DNA of 64,000 bases from Octopus vulgaris. Lineage: Eukaryota. The stretch covers positions 29,822,001 to 29,886,000 of the forward strand of contig OX597819.1 in NCBI GenBank assembly GCA_951406725.2, written 5' to 3'. Position 1 is the first letter of the stretch. The number at the start of each line of letters is the position of its first letter. The notes under the pieces are model-generated. The model ran no database searches. It saw only the letters and a list, made by a program, of their open reading frames with translations, and was not told the DNA's origin. This document shows positions 52,946 through 64,000 of the stretch, in pieces. A program made the translations under genes and the position numbers.

Positions 52946-54921
52946 GACTACTACTGCACTGATTTTTAATACAGGCTCATGGTCTCCTGATTGAGTATAG
53001 TAGTATAATTAATTTTGTAGATCCAGTTCTTCACTTGTTCTTTATTTTATCAACTACAATACTTGACTCTTACTTTTATTGGTAGGGAAGGATGAAAGGC
53101 AAGGCTCCTTTGAATAGATTATTTAATGGTTCAAAAGGTTACCGGCTGTGTTTATTAACGTTTTATTTATTTACTTTTTATTATCTGCAAATAGCGTTGT
53201 TTACATTGTAAATACAGTTTTATTGTAAATAAGCAAAGCAATTCTGTGATATACATTCGGAATTGGATGTTTTATGGAGAATAAAATGAAAGCAATAACC
53301 TCATTTATCAATGAAACAAAAATATCTCCGACAAGTGAGCTTCAAAGATTGCACAGAATTGAGATAAAACACATGATGTACATATTTGCATGTATCTATC
53401 TGATTATGTACATTCATTCATGTGTATATATGTGTGTGAATGTCTGTATGTTTTAATGCATATATTTCTGGTCAGGAATAAATGTCTAAGTTTATCTTGA
53501 TCACACGCTACTTCTCTTCATATATGTGTATGTAGGGTTATGTAGATGTCAGAATTGACACATGTCTAATGTAATAATGTCACGTAATAATTTGTGCGTA
53601 AACGAGATTGCATTAATATGGCTTTGTTTTTACTATCACAACATCACACAAACCGGTTACTGCAATGTTCCTGTCTTTTCACAATGGCGTCATTATCCAG
53701 CTGAAGTGACTGATTTCGATTTGGAACTGAAACTTTGTAACTGGTGTTGGTAGATTACACAATGTTCAGAGTGTTTGAATAAAAATAAGGTGAATAACGT
53801 AGGCAAATGAATGCACTCCCTTCTGTTTTTCTAAATCTTTTACCCTTTTACCTTCATCTTATATATATATATATTATTGACAATACAATTCTTTCTCTGA
53901 TAATAAACTACAATTTTCTTCTATAGAATTTTTGCTTAACAACACATATGCGTGGACAGGGGAGAATGCGGGACCTCATTCGCATGTTTTGAATTCGGCG
54001 GTACTGGTTCATGGATATAATTTGTCTGAGGTTACTGGAATCAGATAGGTACGTTCAGGTTTTTTCAGTGCTACCAAATTTAGAATATATGGAAATACTG
54101 AGCTGATGAGAAAAGTGATCAGAATGGAAATGCAATTCTTGCATTTTTCATATCTATCTAATTTCGAAACGCGTACACAGTTAGTCTAATGCCGCGTGAA
54201 TTTCGTTTTTTTCTTTCTCTGCCTACGTGATATGTTTTTGAGCATATATTGTCTGGGGGTTGTTTCTTACAGTAGAAGAAATAGCTAGTTTTTTTAACTT
54301 TTGGGGGCTGCTATTTCTAAAGTTCGGTGTGTGGTGAAGCAAATTCTTTTGCCTAAACTTTATTATAATATATATGGATATATAGTCACCTATATATGTG
54401 ATGCTATATATATATACTATTTTAAATTCTGTGATAAGACTGTACATCATCTTTACAAGAACTTTAATGAACTTTGGAAATCTGTTTATGTTACTTAATT
54501 ATCTACACGAGTGTATGTACATATATGTATGCATATATACATATATCAAATGTATATATGCATACATATATGTACATACACTCGTGTGCACACACACACA
54601 CATAGACGCATATACAAACTCATGTCACAAATGTCATGATTGGAGGGCGTCCGTTCCAATTGTAACAGCTGGGACATAATAGTTATTTAAGATACACACG
54701 TCTTATGAAATTCAGTTGTATTTTACTTTCTGATGAAAATCATTGCATAAATAAATTGGTTAATGGCATATATTCCATAATTCTGGATGTGTTGGAAGTT
54801 AGATATTTGACTAGGTTTTATAAATTGTGAGTGCTGCGATTATGAATCTGTGGTTAATGCGTTCTTATATTTCTTCTCAGTATTTTTCCAACATTCTAGA
54901 TTATTTAATTTTATCAATTAA

Positions 54922-55275
54922 CTAGCAGTATCGCCCGGCGTTGCAGGGGTTTGTAAGCATTTTTAGAGAGTTATAGCCAAAAAATAGCAAAAAAATGGAA
55001 AAAAATTATGGTTAAGTTAAAGGTCGAGTTGCGTCCCCTAGACAGTCTGTGGTTTGTGTTTCTGATTCTCGACCCCATGTCGAATTTATCGATTTTTTTC
55101 AGAACTGGGGGAACTTTTTAAAATTTTCGCTGCGTTAGTTTTGAATTATGACATTGGGCTATGTGTGTGTCAAGTTTCATCAGAATCGGTTGAAAGCCGT
55201 GGTCAGGGTGAGGGTACAACCTGAACAGACACACAGACACACAGACAGACAAACTGCCGTTTATATATAGAGAGA
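54922..55275 (-). mobile_element. Non-autonomous Helitron (complete ends)
   Basis: Minus strand: A|TCTCTCTATATATAAAA...(TCTG) leader...GC-rich hairpin CCCCTGCAACGCCGGG..CTAG|T; A|T insertion, no TSD. Confidence 0.8.
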
Positions 55276-55278
55276 TTA

Positions 55279-55512
55279 ACGATATTTAGATAGTGATAAG
55301 GCGGCGAACTGGCAGAATCGTTAGCACTCCAGGCAAAATGCTTGGCGATATTTGGTCCGGCTTTACGTTCTGAGTTCAAATTCCACCGAAATCGACTTTG
55401 CATTTCATACTTTCAAGTTCGATAAAATAAATCGCAGTTGAGCACTGGGGTCGATGTAATCGACTTACTCATCTCTCGAAATTGCTGGCCTTGTGTCAAA
55501 ACTCGAAACCAA
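55279..55512 (+). mobile_element. Family-C SINE
   Basis: GGCGGCGAACTGGCAGAATCGTTAGCAC head near 55300; GAGTTCAAATTCC. Confidence 0.75.
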
Positions 55513-55760
55513 TAATTAGATGGTGATGATTTTCATTTGGGGGATTGCAAGAAGGATATTTTTAAAAGTCTTAGTGTGTATATCTTCAGGTGTAGAAAAT
55601 GTTTCTGCACCTGAAAAGGCCGTCAGGAAGCGTTACTGCTTCCTGGAGCTAAATAGCAGTAGTATGATTCCCTTCATGAGACTGTCACATTAAGATGACA
55701 GTATAGAACTACTTTATCGTACTACTACTGCTTAAATCTCTCTGAGATATTTAGAAATGT

Positions 55761-55833
<73 letters not shown>

Positions 55834-56261
55834 TGAAAGGTATTGGTATCGCCCAAAATTGTTTTCACTACTTATATGCACCATTCTACTTGAATAATAG
55901 AACTGCAGAGATGGAGAGAGTAAGAGAGAGGGAGATAAAGAGAATGCGAGAGTAATGCAATGCGAAAAGACCTTGGCACAGGCAGTTAGAATCAAGCATG
56001 TATACAGTTTGTATATGTCATATAAAACGGATGATACTCAACAAATCTTATTAATCAACGTATGTTATACTCTTCGACCCGTATCGAGAACGCACGCACA
56101 TACATTCATATATATATATATATATATCTTTTATACGTTTCAGCCCTAAGACTGTGGCTATACTGGGGCCATATATATATGTTACAATTTTAAGTTACCT
56201 ATAACATGTCCAGATTAGCTTAGAAAGTTACGCAGTAGCTATTTACCTTCTCTATCTCTTT

Positions 56262-56490
56262 TTTCTTTACTGCCCACAAGGGGCTAAACATAGAGGGGAC
56301 AAACAAGGACAGACAAAGGGATTAAGTTGATTACACCGACCCCAGTGCGTAACTAGTACTTAATTTATCGACCCCGAAAGGATGAAAGGCAAAGTCGACC
56401 ACGACGGAATTTGAACTCAGAACGTAACGGCAGACGAAATACGGCTACGCATTTCGCCCGGCGTGATAACATTTCTGCCAGCTCGCCGTC
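56262..56490 (-). mobile_element. Family-C SINE
   Basis: Antisense of the 24292 copy (CCCACAAGGGGCTAAACA...TTCTGCCAGCTCGCC). Confidence 0.85.
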
Positions 56491-56514
56491 TTCTCTATTC
56501 CTGCACCTATGCAC

Positions 56515-56604
<90 letters not shown>

Positions 56605-56664
56605 CTCCCTCTATCTATCCATCTATCTCTCCATCTATCTATCTCTACATCTATCTATCTCTCC

Positions 56665-56732
<68 letters not shown>

Positions 56733-56841
56733 GTTTATTAGGAATCTGCCTGTCTATCTATTGAGGCAGGTTCAAGGCTGTAGGTTAAAAGCAATATACA
56801 TTTTATCGTTAGTAGTAGATCGTCCATTGATCTACATGACC

Positions 56842-56877
<36 letters not shown>

Positions 56878-57062
56878 TGTATGTATGTATGTATGTATGT
56901 ATGTATGTATGCATGCATGCATGCATGTATGTATGTATGTATGTATCTATGTATGTATGTATGTATGTATGTATGTATGTATGTATGTATGTATGTATGT
57001 ATGATTGTATGTATGATTGTGTGTATGTGTGTGTGTATGTGTGTGTGTATGTATGTATGTAC
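56515..57062. repeat. (ATCT)n and (TATG)n tetranucleotide microsatellites
   Basis: Directly visible. Confidence 0.95.
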
Positions 57063-57405
57063 GTATACACATACATATACGAAAATCTATATCCATGTAT
57101 AAACATAGACATGACTACAAATATATACATAGCTATACATTGGATTCATATTTGTGTAGAGAAAATTATTAAATTAAACTGCTAAATTTGTGCAGTCTGG
57201 AAGATTATTTCTAAACTTTTTAAATGAAGAGAAAGGAAAGGGAATCACAAGTGAGATGATGAGCATTTAATAAAAACATTACGCTCTCACAAAGATATGT
57301 GCGCATGCGTATGTGAATGTTTCTTCAGTAATTAACATGGTCATATGCAATTATTGATTTATTTTAAGATGAAGCTCAATATGATTACGACTAGTTACAT
57401 ATTTA

Positions 57406-57811
57406 GGATCTTTTCGGTTTGAACGGCAGTTTTTAACATAATTTCTAGGTAACTAAAAAATTTCAAACTTCGTATACTGGTAGAATGTGTTTATAAAACA
57501 TCTTTTTCTCTTGGCTTTATTGAGAAAATTCTATAGTTTGTAAGATATTTGATGTTTTTTTCTTCAATTTCTGCCAATCAAATACGTCTATTGATGTAAA
57601 AAACATTCTGTGCCGTATGAATATGTCCCTCGTTTATGAAACATATTGGGTTTATTTACATTTGTGAAGAAAAAAGATACCCTTCTCCCCACCCCTAACC
57701 CTAACCCTAAAACAGATTGAAATGCAATAGATCGATACTAGGGTCATAATTATGGGTGACATTTTCATATGACACCGCTAGAAAAAACTGCCGTTCAAAC
57801 CGAAAAGATCC
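57406..57811. mobile_element. MITE copy 5
   Basis: Same TIR; TSD CATATTTA. Confidence 0.92.
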
Positions 57812-57849
57812 CATATTTACATGTCTACTCACCTGCTTTAATAGTGGTT

Positions 57850-58052
57850 TTGAACTTTGACACAAAGCCAGTAACTTCGGGGAAGGAGTAAGTTGATTAC
57901 ATCGATCCCAGTACTCAACTAGTCCTTACTTTATCGTCTCCGAAAGATTGAAAAGCAAAGTCGACCTCGGCGGAATTTGAACTCTGAACATGGAGACGGA
58001 CGAAATACTGCTAAGCATTTTGCCCGGCGTCCAAACGATTCTGCCAGCTCAA
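57850..58052 (-). mobile_element. Family-C SINE
   Basis: AAAGTCGACCTCGGCGGAATTTGAACTC ... ATTCTGCCAGCTC. Confidence 0.75.
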
Positions 58053-58108
58053 CGTCTTTACTACACTTGTCTTAATACAGAGATTCTCCGTCTCTCTCAC
58101 ACACGTAT

Positions 58109-58141
<33 letters not shown>

Positions 58142-58290
58142 TCGCAAACGCACATACACATGTATATCCTTTCTACTATCGGCAAAGTCGACCTCACTGG
58201 AATTTGAACTAGAATTTGAACATAGCCGAAAGAAATCCCGCTAAACATTTTGTACCTGCTGGCTAACTATCCTATCAGCTCACCGTCTTC

Positions 58291-58344
<54 letters not shown>

Positions 58345-58352
<8 letters not shown>

Positions 58353-58900
58353 TTAGTGAATTTAAGAAATGGAGTTGAACGAAGATTGAACAGAAATCGT
58401 TTTATTTCATTCTACACGTGTTTCGAAAGGCACAATTTACCAAATTCCGATTGAATAATGAGACCATATTGTGTCTTTCTCTTCAGGAAGAAATAGGAAA
58501 TCCAGTTGGAAAAAACACAAAAAGAGCCATGGCCAAACTCCATGGTTGCCAGGCCGAGCTAGTTCTGTTTTTGTTTTTTGTTTTGTTTTTCAACGAATTT
58601 CCTATTTCTTCCTGAAGAGAAAGACACAATATGGTCTCATTATTCAATCGGAATTTGGTAAATTGTGCCTTTCGAAACACGTGTAGAATGAAATAAAACG
58701 ATTTCTGTTCAATCTTCGTTCAACTCCATTTCTTAAATTCACTAATAATATTAAAATTCAATTATCCGCACCAACGCACGGTTGCAACACCATATGGTTG
58801 TACCTCCAACCGTGCTGTCTTCTGCTGTGATTTTTGCTACCAAGGTATCGATTAAACTTTTGATTAATCTGCAACAAGATTATTCATCTTTCTATTTCAC

Positions 58901-58903
<3 letters not shown>
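58345..58903 (+). mobile_element. (TA)n-embedded palindromic hammerhead element
   Basis: 157-bp arms 58345-58501 / 58597-58753 (apparently perfect), then a unique ~150-bp tail; long (TA)n on both sides. Confidence 0.85.
58604..58694 (+). ncRNA. Type-I hammerhead ribozyme (mirror copy on - strand at ~58404-58494)
   Basis: atttcttc-CTGAAGA-gaaagacacaat..attgtgcctttc-GAAA-CACGTG-TA-gaatgaaat. Intact core, GUA triplet. Confidence 0.85.
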
Positions 58904-58984
<81 letters not shown>

Positions 58985-59300
58985 CGATGGGTGCATTATC
59001 ACCATTTTATATTTTTAATAACGCGCATGCACATTGTTTATTTGGGATTTTGTCAACTACATACCTTAGTAGGGCCAGTTGGACATCGTGTGTGAGAAAA
59101 AAAAACAGTACCATGACGCGATTCACTCTGCCAGAAATTTGGAAACGACAAACTGTACTGCTTGGCATTCGCGCCGGAAGCTCCGATACAACCATTTTTG
59201 AGTGTTTGAGTGTCAATCTGAAGTCAGTGCAACGTGAGTATATGTACAGAGAGTGATAAAAATCAAACATCCAGTCAACATCATGGTTTTTGGAGTGATC
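58985..59300 (+). mobile_element. Internally deleted Tc1/mariner (maT/DD37D-like) fragment
   Basis: HTH-like N-terminus KRQTVLLGIRAGSSDTTIFECLSVNLKSVQR fused to KIKHPVNIMVFGVI (KHPxxxMVWG motif). Confidence 0.55.
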
Positions 59301-59387
59301 TGTAAAAATGAGATGCCAAGGCTACTTTCCTTTTTGCGTAATTTTAATCGACAGTTTATTCACTTCACCATCTATATATACATACTT

Positions 59388-59468
<81 letters not shown>

Positions 59469-60332
59469 AATGTGTGTGTGTGTGTGTGTATATTCACACA
59501 CGAAAACATTTCCTTGTGTGTTTGTGTTTATGTATGTGTGTATATGGGAGTATGCATGAGCGTGTGTGTGTGCTTGTGTGAGTGTTTATATATGTACATG
59601 TGTGTATAAGGGAGTATGCGTGAGCGTGTGTGTGTGTGTGTGTGTGAGTGTGTATGAATGTGTGTGTGTGTGTGCTTGTGTGTTTATATATGTACATGTG
59701 CTCTATGATTAAGCTAAGGACAATAGCGAATATTTTGATAGTCGTTTTAATTGGAGTTTAGCAGTATTTAAAAGTTAGGGCGGCACCAATATTAATGGTG
59801 GCACACCATTCATGGTGCCACAAATATTCGTGAAACTTAATATCATTAAAGAAATATTGGTGACATACACACAAATTTGAGTAAATAACTGAGCAAAAAA
59901 AAAAAAACTATATACATAAGATATAAAATATTTTTTAAAAATAGAGTTAAATTGCTATTCATATTTTCCTTTTTTACACTCATTCTAACTGTAATCAAAT
60001 TTCAACAATTTAATCTTCTTGGCAAAGTTTCTAGAAAACGTCAAGACGTAGTGCGGCAAGTTGTTATTGTTGTTATTGTTGTTATTAACACGTTTTCCTT
60101 GTTAACGTTGTTGGTGTTGCTTTGTTGCTGCTGTTGTTGATGAGATTGCTTGTTGTAGATATTAGTGTTGTTGCTTATTCTATTTTATACACACACACAC
60201 ATATATATATATTCTGCCTTCATAAATTTATTTCTGAAATCGTTTCCAAATGATCAGTTTTATTAATTCACTGAACGCAGGTGCACAAATAACATTTTAA
60301 ATACTCTTTTTTGCTGAAACAAATTTCTTCCG

Positions 60333-60582
60333 CAACCACCACCACCACCACCACCACCACTACCACCATCCACCACCACCATCCACCACCACCACCATGG
60401 TCATCATAATCAGAATAATCACCATCATAACACCATCGTCGTCGTCGTCGTCGCTTTCGCTGTTATAGCCATCATGACAACCATTACTATCACCACGATC
60501 ATCATCATCGCCGTCGTTATCGTTTCCATCGATATATTCGTTGTCTTCATCATCGTCATCGTCGTCATCATCATCTTCGATG

Positions 60583-60618
<36 letters not shown>

Positions 60619-60660
60619 CCGTCGTCTTCATCATCGTCACCAGCATTATAATTATGAACA
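60333..60660. repeat. (CAC)n/(CAT)n/(CGT)n compound microsatellite
   Basis: Directly visible. Confidence 0.9.
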
Positions 60661-60999
60661 GCTTTATAATCGTCGCCACAATAATTATCACTATGGGTAA
60701 CTACAACATCAAATAACGGCAGTAATAAGTATCTATTTTAGCATGTAAATATTTATACGTGAGGAGAATAATCTATTAAATATTAATATTACTAAACTAA
60801 ACTTGCCGGGATTCGACCTCAGAAAATATAGAACCATAAGTAAATATTGTTTGGCGGTTTTTAATTAAAATCTTAATACGTATTATCACCACATATGTAA
60901 AATCATTTGAAGGACATTTGCAAATAAGATTACGGCTATTATTTCATGTATATTACTACTTAATAAATGGTGACGATTTAATCGACTCACGCACTCACA

Positions 61000-61790
61000 C
61001 CGCAGAATCGTTAACACGCCGGGCAAAATGTTTAGCGGCATTTCGTCCGTCTTCATGTTCTGTGTTCAAATTCCGCTGGGGTCTATTTTGCCTTTCATCC
61101 TTTCGGGGTCAATAAATTAAGTACCAGTTACGCACTGGGGTCGATGAAATCGACTTAATCCGTTTGTCTGTCCTTGTTTGTCCTTTCTGTGTTTAGCCCC
61201 TTGTGGATAGTAAAGAAATAGGTATTTTGTCTTCCACTACGTTCTGAGTTCAAAATTCCGCAGCGATCAACTTTGCCTTTCATCCTTCCGAGGTCGATTA
61301 ATTAACTACCAGTTACTCACTTCCCCCAAAATTTCAGGCCTTGTGCCTATAGTAGAAAGGATTATTATTCTAGTCGTTGTTGTTTAAGCAGCGCGTCGGC
61401 AGAATCAAAAATGTAAAAACAAAATGCTTGATGAAATTTTGTCCGTCTTTACGTTCTGAGTTATCATTCCACCGAGGTCGACTCTGTCTTTCATCCTTTA
61501 GGAGTCGATAAAATAAGCACTGTTGTTGATGTATTCTACTGGCCCCTCCTTCCTATTTTCAGACCCTGTAGCTAAAGTAGAAAGGTTTAATATTAATATT
61601 AAGCCAGCGAGCTGGCAGAACCGTTAATGCCCAGTGGCATTTAAGTTCTGAGATCATGTGATGCTGCGGTTGACTTTGCCTTGCGTCCTTTCTCTCCACA
61701 AAATTTCAGACCTTGTGCCTATTGTAGAAAGAATTATTATTATTATTATTAATATTGCTGGAGACCTTGTTCCAAACTTCGAAATCATTA
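61000..61790 (+). mobile_element. Cluster of family-C SINEs, first with duplicated body
   Basis: Four recurrences of GTTCTGAG..GACTTTGCCTTTCATCC-like blocks. Confidence 0.75.
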
Positions 61791-64000
61791 TTAATATTGC
61801 TGTTGTGTGTTGAAGCGTATGGGCGCCTTCGAGATGGCAACACGAAAAGTTAGATTCTACCAAGATTTATTTGATGAAGAAAAGTTTGGGGGAGAACGGG
61901 AGGCGGGTCATTTTGTTTTGTAAACCCAAGGCGCATCTACACCATTACGTGGGGTAGAGAAAATGTGTCTTTTAGGTATTTACATTACTTTTAATGCTGT
62001 TTAACAGTTTTTCATGTTAATTTCTTTTTTTTTTTAGTTGCATTTAAGTACTGGCTCCAAGCGTGATAATAGCAGATACGTCTCCACGAAATTTTATAAA
62101 AATTTGTAAGCAGTAACACAAAGTCTGAAGGAAATGGTGCGTATAAAACAAACGGTTCAGTTTTAGCAAATGATAAAATATCACTTAGTAATAGCGGTAG
62201 CAGTTTCGCTTGTTTAGATAATCTGAGGGCGGTACACGAGTTAGGTCGGTTCCTAGAAAAGAAGAAAAATAGAAGAGGTATATCACAGAGTCCGTGTCTC
62301 CTTTCCCAAGGAATACAACGCAGAAGAGGTAAGAGGAGGGTAACATTTCTCTGTTTTCAAACACGAAGGAAGATTCGTTATGGCTATAATAGAATACTAG
62401 AAATACCAAACTCAGTACTAGAAATAAAACAACAGGCATAAATATGCTTGCTGTCCCAATTGTAAACTACAAACATAATGCATAAGAAGTTGTGTTAATT
62501 GAACAGTTCAAACGAGAAAACTATTAACACCATTCCAAAGTCAGATTCCAAACATTGGTATAAATTAGATATACCTACCCTGCATACAGAGAATACATGT
62601 AATTAATAGATAAGTATAGCTTTCTACAATCAAACATCATTTTCTAACAGTGGTCCCAGAATAATACAAGGAAATGAAAAACTAATTTGTGCAAGAAGAG
62701 AGCACGAGGAAAACTTTTTTCTTTATATATAGGATACATGTGCTGCCAATCCAACAGTGGAATCAATAATCTCTCTCTGGTTGTCTCCCATTTGAACTAT
62801 TTTCAGTTTTTAACTCTCATAAGAGTGATGTCCATAGTTCTATGTTGACATGATGCGCATGCGCGGTTTGCCGAGACAAATTGGAAGATTACGTTCTGTC
62901 CAATGTGTTGCTTGTTATTGCTTTTCTCATCAAAATGGTTGAGTGAAGGTTTCTATGCGTATTACGTCTGTTGAAAGTGTTAATTTCAGACTATTTGGTT
63001 CAGTCTGAATGAATATATTACATACACGCGTATGTTTGCGTGTATATGCGCGCATGTATGTTCGTGTGCGTGTGTGTACGTGTATTTGTGTGTCTGTGCT
63101 ATGTTTATCCCGGCCCCCAAACGGTTGTAGATATTGAGTACCTTAATGTTAGGCTAGATACACCGAGAATGATAAATTACGGCCTTGACTGAATTAAGCA
63201 TTGGGTTCAATGTGATTGAGCAAACCTTTGAATGCGGTTCCTCAGTATGGCCACAGAAACTAGACAATAATGAAAGAATATAAAGAAACAATTAAATACA
63301 AACTGGAAGCCAACTACTCGAAAAAGCACACAAATAAATAAGATCAATACAATAGAAAAGGTTTAAAAAAGAAACACAAAAATTAAACTATTTTCGATCT
63401 GTATTAAATAAACTGATGGGGAGAGAAAAAATGCGTTCCAAAGCCAATAAACAGTTAGAGAGAAAGAAAACCATGATAGAAAATCTTGATTAAGAGCAGA
63501 AACAAAAGTTCTGGTTTTAGCAACATAGGATCAAATCTTAGATATAGAATATTGAAACAACCTGTACTTATTTAAAACGTGATTATCCTCTAAGAAAACG
63601 ATCATTGCTACTTAAGGTAAAATATTTCAGTAAGTATATACTCACCTAGAATATGGAAAACAAAGTGCACCAGAAGAAACAGAAATTTTATCTCTAACCA
63701 TATTTACAAAAAATTTAAACTAGTAAACTAAAAGTTATATATATATATCCACGTTTATTAAGAGGGTTTCTTTTTTTTTACCTCAACGAACCTACCGCCG
63801 TCACGTATTTTCTTGATCATTTCTATCTTCGTCTGTTGAGAACATGCACTTTTGTATTTTTTTTTTGTCCCATGTTGTACGGGTATTTAAATCTGTATAA
63901 AGAACACACAGCCTCGCGGAATGGTTATTTAAACACAAGCGTTATTCAGTGCATTGTTGGTAACATCATTGTGGGAGGTTGCTGAGTCGCGTTTTTGCAC

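Noticed and set aside
58418-58680. Pair of opposite-strand ORFs with identical N-termini (MFRKAQFTK...)
   Set aside because: An artefact of the palindrome; GTG start and no coding signal.

Overview
This is AT-rich eukaryotic (animal) intergenic or intronic DNA, saturated with microsatellites and transposon debris. The SINE families and microsatellite density resemble Octopus genomes; that is recognition, not a database result. I cannot support any intact host gene, and almost all ORF-track entries are microsatellite or repeat artefacts. Recognisable content: many tRNA-headed SINEs (three families); a ~410-430 bp MITE family with 8-bp TSDs and internal TTAGGG (5 full copies); a decayed hAT/Buster transposase; mariner/maT derivatives; Helitron pieces; L1/Tx1 and R4/Dong-like LINE fragments; and a ~555-bp element inserted in (AAT)n. 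The most notable signal is a set of non-coding, (TA)n-embedded elements carrying well-formed type-I hammerhead ribozymes. One is a ~481-nt tandem unit with two hammerheads plus an inverted arm (46935-47895), resembling a retrozyme or circular-RNA template. A second family (46068-46376, 58345-58903) has hammerhead stems that co-vary between copies. Coordinates were counted by hand and may be off by a few bases.
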